A stretch of 46,753 nucleotides of DNA from Acidobacteriota bacterium (GCA_024640135.1 JAHEFO010000005.1:1-46753), one strand, 5' to 3'; positions 19,146 through 29,485 are shown, counted from the stretch's first letter. Numbers and translations are program-made. The notes: generated by a model from the letters alone, not told the origin.

Positions 19146-20426
19146 CTAATTGTAGTCGGCGTCGGTCAGTACGCGCCGGATCAGATTCAGCGCAGCGCGC
19201 ACGGCCATCTGCCGGACCATCACCCGGTCACCTGGAAACCGAACGGTCCGCACGACGCACCGGTCACCTGGGCCCGCCACGGCAATAGCCACGGTGCCGA
19301 CAGGTTTCGCGTCCGTCCCTCCTGCGGGGCCGGCAATACCGGTAATCCCGACGCCGAGGCCCGCATTCAGCCGACGCCGCACACCCTCCGCCATCGCCTC
19401 GGCGACGGCATCGCTGACGGCCCCATGCGCGGCGATGAGTTCGGCGGGCACGTCCAGCGACCGCACCTTCACGTCGTTCGCGTACGCCACGACCCCACCG
19501 GCGATCCAGGCCGAGCTGCCGGGGATATCGGTCAACGCGCCAAGCAACAGACCGCCGGTGCAGGATTCGGCGGCCGCCAGCAGGAGCTGACGCGAGACCA
19601 ACAAGTCGCCTACGACTTCCTCGAGGCTGCGTCCATCGACACTGAACACCGCCGGTCCCAGCACGGCCTGAAGAGCCTCGACGGCCTCCTCGAGCGCACG
19701 GTCCACGCGGGCCGCATCCTCCCCCTGGGAAGACAAGTGCAGTTCCACCTGCCCCAGTGAAGCGAGAATCGTCGTACTGATCGCCGGCTCCGCCTGGCGC
19801 CAGGGTCCGTAGACGGGTTGGGCGATCTCGTCGACATCAGACTCGCCCCGCCCGGCGATCTTCAGCGTCCGGCGCCGAAGCACGACGCCCCCGCAGCGCG
19901 CGCGCAGCCGCGGGAGGACGGAGTCTTCATACATCGGCTGGAGTTCACGCGGCGGCCCCGGCAGCGCGATGACGACGCCGTCCCCGACTTCAATCCACAG
20001 TCCGGGCGCCGTGCCATTCGGGTTCGGAAGGACGACCGCGCCCGTCGGCACCTGGGCCTGGCGCCGGTTGATTGGAGGCATGCGCCGTCCGCGGCGCACA
20101 AAGCGCCCGTCAATGACCGCGAGAACCGCCGCGTCCTCATCGGCGCCGACGCCGGCCACCCCTGCCACCGCCTCCCGCGTCACGTCGTCGTCGGTGGGCC
20201 CGAGACCGCCGGTGGTCACCACCACCTCAGCCCGTGCCAACGCCGCGCGCAGGGCTGACTCGACCGCAGCGCGGTCATCAGCCACGACGGTCTTGCCGCG
20301 CACTTCGAGCCCCAGTTCATTGAGACGAGCCGTCAGGTACAGGGAATTCGTGTCGGAGCGAAATGGCGTGAGCAACTCGGTGCCGATTGCGACAATCTCG
20401 GCGGATCGAAGGCGCCCGCTCGTCAC
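19146..20426 (-). CDS. cinA: Competence/damage-inducible protein A (MoCF-like plus NMN deamidase domains)
   Basis: IGTELL, GGLGPTDDDVT, NPNGTAPG, AESCTGG, GITGIAGP; GTG 20426 overlaps the pgpA stop. Confidence 0.92.
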   Translation of the reverse strand: MTSGRLRSAEIVAIGTELLTPFRSDTNSLYLTARLNELGLEVRGKTVVADDRAAVESALRAALARAEVVVTTGGLGPTDDDVTREAVAGVAGVGADEDAAVLAVIDGRFVRRGRRMPPINRRQAQVPTGAVVLPNPNGTAPGLWIEVGDGVVIALPGPPRELQPMYEDSVLPRLRARCGGVVLRRRTLKIAGRGESDVDEIAQPVYGPWRQAEPAISTTILASLGQVELHLSSQGEDAARVDRALEEAVEALQAVLGPAVFSVDGRSLEEVVGDLLVSRQLLLAAAESCTGGLLLGALTDIPGSSAWIAGGVVAYANDVKVRSLDVPAELIAAHGAVSDAVAEAMAEGVRRRLNAGLGVGITGIAGPAGGTDAKPVGTVAIAVAGPGDRCVVRTVRFPGDRVMVRQMAVRAALNLIRRVLTDADYN

Positions 20427-20878
20427 GCGCCGGGCCACCACCGCAACATCAACATCATCAATCCCCAGCCATACACACCGGCCATCAGATCATCGGCCAT
20501 GATCCCCAGACCTCCGTGCAGCCGCTCGAACTGCCTGGCAGGAAACGGCTTGATGATGTCGAGAACGCGAAAGATGAGGAACCCGACCAGCGCCCCGCGC
20601 CATGTCACCCCTGTCAGCAACAAGGTCACGAGCTGCCCCGCCACTTCGTCAATCACGACCGGCCCGGGGTCTTGCCGCTTCAGCGCCGTCTCCGCCACAC
20701 CAGCCGCCCAGATTCCGACGACCGTGATCCCGACCAGCAGGGCAACCTGGGCCTGCGCCGACCATCCCCGGCTCACCAGATAGATCCCGACGCCCACGGC
20801 AGACCCAACGGTCCCGGGGGCCACGGGAAAGAACCCGACACCACCGACCGTCGCGATGCCGACGCCGACTCGCGTCAC
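20423..20878 (-). CDS. pgpA: Phosphatidylglycerophosphatase A
   Basis: APGTVGS, DPGPVVIDEVAG, FRVLDIIKP, GIMADDLMAG; GTG 20878. Confidence 0.92.
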   Translation of the reverse strand: MTRVGVGIATVGGVGFFPVAPGTVGSAVGVGIYLVSRGWSAQAQVALLVGITVVGIWAAGVAETALKRQDPGPVVIDEVAGQLVTLLLTGVTWRGALVGFLIFRVLDIIKPFPARQFERLHGGLGIMADDLMAGVYGWGLMMLMLRWWPGA

Positions 20879-21786
20879 AAATGCACCACTCGGGTGCGCG
20901 CAACGCGGTCGTGCACCGCAAGGCCGGCGCCGCCAAGCGCTGGAACGAAACCGAGGCCAAGCACCAGGACTGATGGCAACGCCGCGATCGACCGCACGGC
21001 AGCCTGCGCCACGGTCACGCGGTCGTTGATGACGGCCTCCGCCGTCGTACCGACAACACGGATCTTCATGGCCATCTTGCCGACCGTCTGCCCGCCAGCC
21101 GCCGTGAACATCAGGAGATACCCGCCGGCAAGCATCAGAAACAGGGCGACCAAGGGCACCAGCGGCAGGAGGCCGACATCGCCGATCGACAGCCCGACCA
21201 GACGCAACGTGCAATAAACCACCACACCCGCGATCGCACCCAGCAGTGACGCGTCGATTACCGCAGCGGCCAACCGTCTGCCTCCGCCGACTGCCTGCAG
21301 CCATTCGTCGGGCAGCCGCTCGGGTTCGGGTTCACTCGCCCACTGCGACTCTGGAACGGCCGAGAACGACTCGTCATCGGCTACATCGATCTCGTCCAGC
21401 AAGTCGGGCTCACGGCTCTCAGGCGTCCCGTACGTCGCGCGCAGACGGGAAGCATCCGGCGTGGTGCGCCTCACCGAAACCGGAACTCGCGGACGTGACG
21501 GCACCTTGACGAGGGGCTCCAACTCCTCCTCATTCTGGGAACTGTTGAGCGTCCGGGCAAACAGGGGAAACTCCGCCGTCGCTGGCGCAGCCGCGCCTCC
21601 GCCTGGAGCCGACGTCACAGACGACGGGAGGGACGAGGGCCTGACCACCCCCGAGTCGCCGAGCCCACGCAATGTGGTTTCAGCCAGATCGAATTCGGCC
21701 GGCTCGTCCATCGACAAGTCATGGCCACAATTCCGACAACGTGGCTCAGGCTCAAAACTCAGATAGTGGCACTTGGTGCATCTCAT
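20875..21786 (-). CDS. RDD family membrane protein with N-terminal zinc ribbon
   Basis: CxxC...CxxC N-terminus, low-complexity linker, RRLAAAVID...GQTVGK...HDRVARTRVV. Confidence 0.85.
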   Translation of the reverse strand: MRCTKCHYLSFEPEPRCRNCGHDLSMDEPAEFDLAETTLRGLGDSGVVRPSSLPSSVTSAPGGGAAAPATAEFPLFARTLNSSQNEEELEPLVKVPSRPRVPVSVRRTTPDASRLRATYGTPESREPDLLDEIDVADDESFSAVPESQWASEPEPERLPDEWLQAVGGGRRLAAAVIDASLLGAIAGVVVYCTLRLVGLSIGDVGLLPLVPLVALFLMLAGGYLLMFTAAGGQTVGKMAMKIRVVGTTAEAVINDRVTVAQAAVRSIAALPSVLVLGLGFVPALGGAGLAVHDRVARTRVVHL

Positions 21787-22589
21787 CGCGGTCCCTGCCT
21801 TCCATCTCCGGGAGCACGCCCTTCGCCGGCTGCCGCCAGCAGCAAACGCTGAATGTCCACACGCAACGCATCGGACTCATCGCGTCCGACCTGTTCAGAC
21901 TTGACACGGTCCAGGGTCTTGAGGGCTTCGGCCAGCCGGCCCCGGCTATACAGCGCGTGGGCCCGCACCAGCGCCACCTCAGCAGGCGTGAGGACCGGCA
22001 CAGGCGACGAGGGCAGCGTCGGAGCCGGAATCGCAGGGCCCGTTCCCGCTCTCTGTTGTGCCCGCTGCCCGAGGCTGACCAGCACGACCGTCACGACGAT
22101 CACCGCTGCCGCCCCCAGCCACGTCCGCAGAGTCAGGCGATCCGCCAGCCAGGCTCCCCCGCCAGCCGCCGGGGCGCCTTCCGCCGCGCGAATCCGGGGA
22201 CCGCCGGCGATTGCCCGCTCCAACCGCTCCAGCCTGAGTCGCAAGGCTGCCGTCCGCTCGTCTTCGCCGAGCGCGGCGGTGACCAGCGGCAGATGCAGTC
22301 GCGCCTCACGCAAGTGTCCCTGATCGAGCAGAACCTCTACGTGTTGCAGTGCCTCCTCAGCACGCCGCTGCCGCTCGACGATGGCTCCGCGGGCCCGATC
22401 GATGTAGGCGCGGGCGCTCGCGTGGCTGCGGTCGAGAAACAACACCCGCGTCCAGAGGTGAATGGCGTCTTCGTACTGTCCCTGAAAGTAGTGATCCAGG
22501 CCCTCAACCAACAGGGCGTCCACACGGTTGTCCGAACCAGCGTCGGGGCCGGCATTGGACTTGGCGTCGTGGCGCTTCGGATCGGTCAT
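21783..22589 (-). CDS. TPR-like single-pass membrane protein
   Basis: TPR-like helices (GLDHYFQGQYEDAIHLWTRVL), one TM segment, second helical domain. Confidence 0.7.
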   Translation of the reverse strand: MTDPKRHDAKSNAGPDAGSDNRVDALLVEGLDHYFQGQYEDAIHLWTRVLFLDRSHASARAYIDRARGAIVERQRRAEEALQHVEVLLDQGHLREARLHLPLVTAALGEDERTAALRLRLERLERAIAGGPRIRAAEGAPAAGGGAWLADRLTLRTWLGAAAVIVVTVVLVSLGQRAQQRAGTGPAIPAPTLPSSPVPVLTPAEVALVRAHALYSRGRLAEALKTLDRVKSEQVGRDESDALRVDIQRLLLAAAGEGRAPGDGRQGPR

Positions 22590-22606
22590 GTTCTGGTCCG
22601 AACCGG

Positions 22607-22612
22607 ATTATA
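22607..22612 (-). promoter_or_regulatory. -10 element for the TPR-RDD-pgpA-cinA run
   Basis: TATAAT on the minus strand, 17 nt before ATG 22589. Confidence 0.5.
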
Positions 22613-22684
22613 GCGATTGGTGTTCAGAAGTACAAGCCCCGCCTCGCAGCAATTCCCCCGGGGTGTGATAGAACCGTTACCCAC

Positions 22685-23584
22685 ATGCCGCTTATCGAAT
22701 GTATCGCCAATATCAGTGAAGGTCGTCGTCAGGACGTGCTCGACGCGTGCGGACGCGCGATTGCCGCAACTGGCGCGGGCTTGCTCGACGTCAAGTCGGA
22801 CCCGACACACCACCGCACCGTCTTTTCGTTTGCCGGCACCCCCGCGCAGGTCCGCGAGGGCGCACTCGCGCTGTTTGAATCGGCGCTGGCCGCAATCGAT
22901 TTGCGCAAACACAAGGGTGAGCATCCGCGCCTCGGGGCCGTCGATGTCGTGCCCTTCGTCCCCATCAAGGGCGCGACGATGGCGGATTGCGTGGCGCTGG
23001 CCAAGGACGTCGCCGCGGCCGTGGCCGAGCGGCACCAGTTGCCCATCTACCTCTACGAGGAAGCCGCGTCGTCTCCCGCCCGACGGAACCTCGAAGATGT
23101 TCGCCGGGGAGAATTCGAGGGGCTCGCCGAAAGAATGGCCCAACCGGCCTGGGCTCCTGATTTCGGCCCGGCCGCTCCCCACCCGTCAGGCGGCGCCAGT
23201 ATCGTCGGGGCCCGTATGCCCTTGATTGCCTACAACATCAACCTCGCCACGGACCGCCTGGACGTCGCCAAGAAGATTGCGGCGGCTGTTCGCCACAGCA
23301 CCGGCGGCTTTCGCTACGTCAAGGCCATGGGACTCCCGCTGGAGGATCGTGGAATTGTGCAGGTCTCGATGAATCTGACCAACTACGAGAAAACCCCGAT
23401 CTTCAGGGTGTTTGAGTGCGTCAGGCGCGAGGCCGAGCGCTACGGCGTGGCGGTGCTCGAAAGCGAGATTATCGGCCTCGTCCCTTCAGCAGCCATGTTC
23501 CAGTCAGCCGCCTGGTTCCTGCAGGTCAGCGAATTCTCGGAGGCGCAGGTGCTCGAGAACGCGCTCGAGCGAATCGAGACATGA
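22685..23584 (+). CDS. ftcD: Glutamate formiminotransferase (stand-alone FT domain)
   Basis: LIECIANISEGR, HHRTV, GEHPRLGAVDVVPF, GARMPLIAYN, VQVSMNL; no cyclodeaminase domain. Confidence 0.9.
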   Translation: MPLIECIANISEGRRQDVLDACGRAIAATGAGLLDVKSDPTHHRTVFSFAGTPAQVREGALALFESALAAIDLRKHKGEHPRLGAVDVVPFVPIKGATMADCVALAKDVAAAVAERHQLPIYLYEEAASSPARRNLEDVRRGEFEGLAERMAQPAWAPDFGPAAPHPSGGASIVGARMPLIAYNINLATDRLDVAKKIAAAVRHSTGGFRYVKAMGLPLEDRGIVQVSMNLTNYEKTPIFRVFECVRREAERYGVAVLESEIIGLVPSAAMFQSAAWFLQVSEFSEAQVLENALERIET

Positions 23585-23601
23585 GCTGGTGACGGAGATC
23601 C

Positions 23602-23621
23602 GCCGGACCTGAAGGTCCGGC
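23602..23621. repeat. Palindromic hairpin between convergent genes (REP-like or terminator)
   Basis: GCCGGACC-TGAA-GGTCCGGC, perfect 8-bp stem. Confidence 0.5.
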
Positions 23622-23685
23622 TCTCCGGGGGACCTGGAGCCCCGGGTCGTCAACCGCGGGGGCGGGGCCCCATTTCCGCCATCAC

Positions 23686-25053
23686 TCAATTCTCCCTGGC
23701 AGGTCCAATGCCCAGGGTCTTCATCTTCTTGTAGAGATTGCTTCGCTCCACATTGAGGATGTCGGCCGTTCGGGCCATGTTGCCTTCACAGGAGTCGAGC
23801 GCGGCCAGAATGTAGTCCCGCTCCCACGCGTCGCGCGCATCGTGCAGGGGCCGCACGACCGAGGAGTCCCCGGCCTCGCGCGACAGCCCCGGCGCGGCCA
23901 CGTCAAGAAACGCCAACTCCGCTTCCGTGATCAGTTCACCGGGCGCCATGATCATGACGCGCTCGACGACATTGCGAAGTTCGCGAACATTCCCCGGCCA
24001 CTGACAGGCAAGCAACATCGCGGCGGCGCCCGGCGAAAATCGCTTCGCGCGCCGGCCGTATTCCCGCGCCAGCTCGGCCACGAAATGCCGGGCCAGCCGC
24101 AACACATCGTCACCACGGTCGCGCAGGGGCGGCACGAGAATCGGGATCACATTGAGGCGAAAGAACAAGTCTTCGCGGAACCGGCCCTCCCGAATCTCCT
24201 CGACGAGATTCTTGTTGGTCGCAGCGATCACGCGCACATCGACCCGTACGCTGCTTTGCCCGCCGACCGGCTCGATGACCTGCTCCTGCAGTGCCCGCAG
24301 CACCTTCGCCTGCGTCTTCAGGCTCATGTCCCCGATTTCGTCCAGGAAGAGCGTGCCCCCGTGTGCCACCTCGAACTTGCCTCGCCGGTCCGCCACCGCT
24401 CCCGTGAACGCCCCCTTGATGTGCCCGAACAATTCGGACTCGATCAGTTCCTCGGGGATGGCCGCACAGTTGACCTCGACAAATGCCCCGGCCTGCCGCC
24501 GGCTCAGCGCGTGCACGTGCCGGGCCACCAGCTCCTTGCCGGTGCCGTTCTCACCGGAAATCAACACGCGGCCGTTGGTGGGGGCCGCCATCGCAATCTC
24601 TTCCCGCAGGTGCTGGATCAGCGGATGTTCCCCGACGATCACGAACCGGCGATCGACGCGCGCACGGAGTGCGCGATTCTCGACTTCGAGCCGATGCTGC
24701 CGCAGGGCGTTGCGCACGGCCAGCGTCGTCTTCTCCAGCGATAGAGGTTTCTCGATGAAATCGAACGCCCCGAGTTTGGTCGCGCGCACGGCGTTCTCAA
24801 TGCTGCCGTGTCCGGAAATCATGATGACCTGCGCATCGACGTGCCGTTCCCGCAGGCGCGCCAACGTATCCAGCCCGTCCAGACCCGGCAGCCAGATATC
24901 CAGCAACAGCAGATCGTACGCCGTGCGCGTGACCTGCTCCAGGCAGGCTTCGCCGCTGTCGACTGCGTCGACGGTGTAGCCCTCGTCCCGCAACACGCCA
25001 CCCAGTGAGGCGCGAACGCCCGCCTCGTCATCAACGATCAGGATGGCGGCCAT
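23686..25053 (-). CDS. ntrX: Sigma-54-dependent response regulator (NtrX/NtrC family)
   Basis: REC domain (DD, LLDIWLP, K); AAA+ GENGTGKE, GAFTGA, FLDEIGD, WPGNVRELRN; Fis-type HTH. Confidence 0.85.
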   Translation of the reverse strand: MAAILIVDDEAGVRASLGGVLRDEGYTVDAVDSGEACLEQVTRTAYDLLLLDIWLPGLDGLDTLARLRERHVDAQVIMISGHGSIENAVRATKLGAFDFIEKPLSLEKTTLAVRNALRQHRLEVENRALRARVDRRFVIVGEHPLIQHLREEIAMAAPTNGRVLISGENGTGKELVARHVHALSRRQAGAFVEVNCAAIPEELIESELFGHIKGAFTGAVADRRGKFEVAHGGTLFLDEIGDMSLKTQAKVLRALQEQVIEPVGGQSSVRVDVRVIAATNKNLVEEIREGRFREDLFFRLNVIPILVPPLRDRGDDVLRLARHFVAELAREYGRRAKRFSPGAAAMLLACQWPGNVRELRNVVERVMIMAPGELITEAELAFLDVAAPGLSREAGDSSVVRPLHDARDAWERDYILAALDSCEGNMARTADILNVERSNLYKKMKTLGIGPAREN

Positions 25054-27389
25054 TCGGGTCCTTCCATCGGCAACTCAATCGTAAAGGTGGTTCCGGTCGG
25101 AGCCGCGTCGCCCACCTCGATCCGGCCGCCATGCTCGCTGATAATGCGTCGCACAATCGCCAGACCCAGGCCGCTGCCTCGCCCCTTGGTTGAATAGTAC
25201 GGCATGAACAGTTTGTCCCGGTCCGCCGCCGGGACACCGGGCCCGTTGTCCACGACGGTCAATCGGAGGACCTGCTGTGCCTCATCACACTCAGTCGCGA
25301 GCACAATCCTCGGGGTGGCGCCATCCGGACGGAGCGCGGCGCCTGGCCCGCCCAGTGCCTCGAGCGCGTTGTCCACCAGGTTGATGATCACCTGCCGAAT
25401 CTGCTCCACGTCGACGCGCACCAGTGGCACCCGTGGCGCCAGTCGCGGCTCCAGCACCACCAGAGAGGACTGGAGGACACCGACGTACAGGCGCACGGCA
25501 TCGCCAATGATGGCATTCAAGTCCGCCGGGGCCATCTTCGGGCCGCGCAGCCGGGCAAACTGCGCAAACTCATCCACCAGATTCTTGAGCGCGCCCACTT
25601 CGGTGATGATGGCGCCGGTGCACTCGTCCACCAGCGCCCTGGTGTCCGGTGGTGCCGCCGAGAAATTGCGGCGAAGCCGCTCCGCGCTGAGTTGGATGGG
25701 TGTCAGCGGGTTCTTGATCTCGTGGGCCAGGCGTCGCGCCACATCCCGCCATGCCGCGACGCGCTGCGCCCGAATCAGTGGCGTCACATCGTCGAGCACC
25801 AGCACTGCGCCCTCCGGGTCCCCTTCCGTACTGCTGAGGACGGTGGCGGCGGCGGCCAGATGAATCTCCCGATCCTCGCGCACGAGCATCACTTCTTCGA
25901 GCGTTCCCGCCAGCACGTCTCCGGGCCCCTGGTTGCGCGAGCGAGACTGCCGGACGTGAGCCGTGGCCTCGACCAGTGGCAGCAGCCCCCGGAGTTCCTC
26001 ACGATTGAACACGGCCGAGGCCTCCTCGCCGATCGCCGTTCGGTCCAGGCCAAGCAGCCGCTCCGCCGCACCATTGAGTGTCGAGATTCGCCCCGCCGCG
26101 TCCAGCGAAATGACCCCGGTGGCCACACGCTCGAGAATCGTCTCAATGAAGCGCCGCCGCGTATCCACGTCGATGTTCTTCTGCTCAAGAGCCAGGCGAG
26201 ACTGCTCCAGCCGCTCCTGGCTTGTTCCCAGTTCCGCGGCCATCGTGTTGAAGGCTTCGACCAGAGACCCCAGCTCATCGCCGGTCTGCGGCTCCAGGCG
26301 CATATCCAGACGGCCGGCACCGATGGCCCGCGCCCCCTCCGCCAGCATCTGCACCGGCCGGGTGATCCGTTTCGCCACGTACAACCCGAGCCACGTCGCG
26401 CTGACCAGGATCAACAGCGTGACCGTGACGAAGGTCGCAAGATAGAAGCCCTGGAGCGGAGCCTTGAGGACCTCCATCTGCTTGTAGGTTTCATAACGCG
26501 CGGCAACAATGCGCGCCTGGGCGGCCAGGTCCTGGGGCACGTGCAGCGACACCACAACCACTCCCAGCACGACACCTTCGGCATTGCGCACGGGTGCTGC
26601 CGCCCTGACCAGCACCCCGCCACTGCCAACTTCGTCTTCGGTCGCCTGGACCTGACCGGAGGCGGCCGTCCGAGCCGCGATTCGATCCGCCGACGCCCGA
26701 ACCAAATCGCGGGGAGGCACACCGGCCTCCAACGCGAGCAAGAATACCGCGTCGCGTTCACCCGCGGGAGTGGGAACCGTCTGATACATCTCAATCAGAC
26801 CATCGCGCATGGTGGCCAAATCACTACGGGCAATGGCCTGCAACTGCGTCACATTCCCCGCCGCCATATCCGCGGCCGGAAGGCTCGTGGCCAGCCAGGC
26901 GGCGCGCAGCCTCACGGTCTCCTGCCGCTCCCGGTAGTACTGGGCCGCAATCGTCTGCGCCGCCCCCAGGGCCTCATCAACAGGCACGCTGAACCAGCGG
27001 TTCGCCGAACTGCGCAGGAACTCGCTGCCGACGACAAGCACCAGCGACGCCGGCACAATCGTCATCGCCAGCAGAGCCGCGACCAGTTTCGCGCGGAAAC
27101 GGGCGAAGGGGGCACCATGCCGGCGCTCCACCCACAGCTTGATGATGTTTCGCGCCAGCACGAACACCAGCGCTGCGAGCATCGCGAGATCCACGGCCGC
27201 CAGGGCATAGAGGACGACCTCGCCGATGAGCGCTTCCTCCCCAGCCAGGCTGGGCAACCAGAGCGCCACCGCCAGCACGGCCAACAGGAAGAACACGGCC
27301 AGAGCCAGAACACGTGGATTGTCGAGGGCGCTCCTTCGCGACGGACTGGCCGGCGCGGGAGGAGGCGGGGCGGGGGAATCAAGCAGCAT
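25038..27389 (-). CDS. ntrY: NtrY-like HAMP/PAS sensor histidine kinase
   Basis: Several TMs, HAMP, PAS, WRDVARRLAHEIKNPLTPIQLSAERL, DNGPG, GSGLGL. Confidence 0.85.
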   Translation of the reverse strand: MLLDSPAPPPPAPASPSRRSALDNPRVLALAVFFLLAVLAVALWLPSLAGEEALIGEVVLYALAAVDLAMLAALVFVLARNIIKLWVERRHGAPFARFRAKLVAALLAMTIVPASLVLVVGSEFLRSSANRWFSVPVDEALGAAQTIAAQYYRERQETVRLRAAWLATSLPAADMAAGNVTQLQAIARSDLATMRDGLIEMYQTVPTPAGERDAVFLLALEAGVPPRDLVRASADRIAARTAASGQVQATEDEVGSGGVLVRAAAPVRNAEGVVLGVVVVSLHVPQDLAAQARIVAARYETYKQMEVLKAPLQGFYLATFVTVTLLILVSATWLGLYVAKRITRPVQMLAEGARAIGAGRLDMRLEPQTGDELGSLVEAFNTMAAELGTSQERLEQSRLALEQKNIDVDTRRRFIETILERVATGVISLDAAGRISTLNGAAERLLGLDRTAIGEEASAVFNREELRGLLPLVEATAHVRQSRSRNQGPGDVLAGTLEEVMLVREDREIHLAAAATVLSSTEGDPEGAVLVLDDVTPLIRAQRVAAWRDVARRLAHEIKNPLTPIQLSAERLRRNFSAAPPDTRALVDECTGAIITEVGALKNLVDEFAQFARLRGPKMAPADLNAIIGDAVRLYVGVLQSSLVVLEPRLAPRVPLVRVDVEQIRQVIINLVDNALEALGGPGAALRPDGATPRIVLATECDEAQQVLRLTVVDNGPGVPAADRDKLFMPYYSTKGRGSGLGLAIVRRIISEHGGRIEVGDAAPTGTTFTIELPMEGPEWPPS

Positions 27390-27412
27390 GGGCGGACGTC
27401 CCCTCAGTCCCC

Positions 27413-27967
27413 CTATCGAATGACCGGAAGTTCGACGCGGCCAGACATTTCGGTGCGCCCCCAGGGCCAGAGCGAGAATCCGCGCGGAAGGCTGTCACGC
27501 GCGCGCACCTGCACGTAGTAATCACTCGAGCCCCTGATACGCGACGCGTCAGCCAGAAGCACGCGCTCGAATTCGGTGACCCACAGCCGCATTTCCTCTT
27601 CCTTTTGCGTCTGCTTGGCCCAATGCACGGTGCCGTCCCGCAACTTCGAGACCTGATAGAGGCCCGTCAACGTATCGAACTTCACCGCGGAGGCGACGGT
27701 GGTCGCGGCCACGGTGTGGTCGAACCACAATGTCGAGGATCTTCGCAGCTCCGCGACGTAGGTCAGCGTGACCGGCAGACCGCTCTGAACGGCGACTCTC
27801 ACGTCCGACGAGAACGCGGCAGTCGCGACAAAGTTCGCGTACACACGATCCTCGGCCACCACAGGCGTAATCCGCACGTCGGCGGCAGCGGCCAGCACAC
27901 CTGCAAACAGCGAGATGGCCACAGCCGACACACCGAGGACACGCAATGATTCTCTATCCCGCATCAT
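27413..27967 (-). CDS. DUF4390-like exported protein
   Basis: Signal peptide, SGLPVTLTYVAEL...FDTLTGLY; typical position directly upstream of ntrY. Confidence 0.7.
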   Translation of the reverse strand: MMRDRESLRVLGVSAVAISLFAGVLAAAADVRITPVVAEDRVYANFVATAAFSSDVRVAVQSGLPVTLTYVAELRRSSTLWFDHTVAATTVASAVKFDTLTGLYQVSKLRDGTVHWAKQTQKEEEMRLWVTEFERVLLADASRIRGSSDYYVQVRARDSLPRGFSLWPWGRTEMSGRVELPVIR

Positions 27968-28416
27968 GACTTGAACAGATCGTTCAGTTCGTGCTTGAAC
28001 TCATCGATATCGCGGAAATTACGGTACACGGACGCAAACCTCACGTAGGCCACTTTATCAAGTTGCCGGAGCGCCTCCATGACATGCGCCCCAATTTCCT
28101 CCGTGGAGATCTCGCGTTCTGCTTTCTCCTGCAACGCAAATTCGACCTTGTCCGCCACATCTTCGAGGGCCGACACGCGAACCGGGCGCTTTTCGCACGC
28201 CTTGAGGAGGCCGGCCAGCAGCTTCTGCCGCTCAAACCGCTCGCGGCGACTGTCCTTTTTCACCACCATATACGGGATTTCGTCGATCCGTTCATAGCTG
28301 GTGAACCGCCGCCCGCAGTCGAGGCACTCCCGACGCCGGCGAATCACCTCGCCTTCCTTGCTTTCGCGCGAATCCACGACTTTGTCGCCAGGATGGTCGC
28401 AATATGGACATTTCAC
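27964..28416 (-). CDS. nrdR: Transcriptional repressor NrdR
   Basis: KCPYC...RRRRECLDCGRRFTSYE zinc ribbon plus ATP cone, VAYVRFASVY; GTG 28416. Confidence 0.96.
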   Translation of the reverse strand: MKCPYCDHPGDKVVDSRESKEGEVIRRRRECLDCGRRFTSYERIDEIPYMVVKKDSRRERFERQKLLAGLLKACEKRPVRVSALEDVADKVEFALQEKAEREISTEEIGAHVMEALRQLDKVAYVRFASVYRNFRDIDEFKHELNDLFKS

Positions 28417-29444
28417 GTGCGCGTCTCCTCTCCCCCCGCGGGCCGCATCTTGCTGAGGCCGCCCAGCGTCAGGCCATCCTGCCACATGAAGAGGAGTCCC
28501 AGCACCGCGACCGGCGCAAATGACACCAGATGCAGCAAGATGGCGGCCGCGGCCGCGTCATCCACGGTCCCGCCAAAATAGGTGGTGACGGCGAACTGGT
28601 ACGCCACGTGAAACCCCCCGGCGCCCCCAGGAGTGGGCATCGCCACCCCCACAACAAGATACATGACCACAAGGAACGCACCGGAGAACGGCACCGTCAA
28701 ACTGAAAGCGCGAGACACCAGCCAAATGCCCAGACAGATCGACATCCACAAGGCCAGCGACCAGGCAAGCGTGACCACGACCGCACGTGGGTCCCGCATC
28801 ACCGCCAGGCCTTGCGCGAACTTGCGGGCGAACTTCCCGACCGCCACGGCGACCCGTGCGGGCAAGACCCGACTGAACCAGTCCACCCAGAGCCCGACGC
28901 GCTCCGGATGCCCGGCAAAGACGAACATCGCCACCAACCCGGACAGTGCTGCCGCGGCAGCAGCGGCACCCGCGAGCCTGGTCTGGGTGCCGACGTCCAC
29001 ACTCATGAACGGCATGGCCGCCCCAAACAGCAGCAAGACCGCTGTCAGGTCCAGCACACGCTCGATGATCACGGTTGCCAGAATGGCGGAAAAACTGAGC
29101 CCCTGCTGCCGCGCCAGCAGAAAGGGCCGGAGCACTTCACCAGGGCGGGCCGGCAGCAGGAACGTCGCGGTAAACCCGATGACCGTGATGCGGAAGGCCG
29201 GACCGAACGGCACGCGGCCCAGCGGCCGCAGCAGCGCCTGCCAACGCCAGGCGCGAATGAGATACGTCTGCAGGGTGGCCAGCACCGCCAGCCCCACGAG
29301 GCTGAGATCGGCTGCCCCGAAAGCCCGCCGAAGTTCCGCGCCGTCCAGATTGCGGACAAAGAGCCACAACAGGAGAAGGGTCAATCCCGCGACCAGAAGG
29401 CCTGACCAGGGAATGCGGAATGTGGAAGGTGGGCTGGACATCAA
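28413..29444 (-). CDS. Lysylphosphatidylglycerol synthase TM region / YbhN-like flippase
   Basis: RAWRWQALL, PARPGEVLR, ERVLD, PTPGGAG; multi-TM; start uncertain. Confidence 0.8.
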   Translation of the reverse strand: MMSSPPSTFRIPWSGLLVAGLTLLLLWLFVRNLDGAELRRAFGAADLSLVGLAVLATLQTYLIRAWRWQALLRPLGRVPFGPAFRITVIGFTATFLLPARPGEVLRPFLLARQQGLSFSAILATVIIERVLDLTAVLLLFGAAMPFMSVDVGTQTRLAGAAAAAAALSGLVAMFVFAGHPERVGLWVDWFSRVLPARVAVAVGKFARKFAQGLAVMRDPRAVVVTLAWSLALWMSICLGIWLVSRAFSLTVPFSGAFLVVMYLVVGVAMPTPGGAGGFHVAYQFAVTTYFGGTVDDAAAAAILLHLVSFAPVAVLGLLFMWQDGLTLGGLSKMRPAGGEETRT

Positions 29445-29485
29445 GTGGCGGAGCGCGCGAACCCCGCGCCGTAGGTCTATGTTTC

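Noticed and set aside
25692-27518. 608-aa ORF antisense to ntrY, and many similar long Arg/Pro/Ala-rich overlapping ORFs
   Set aside because: Expected from stop-codon scarcity at high GC; each overlaps a well-supported gene.
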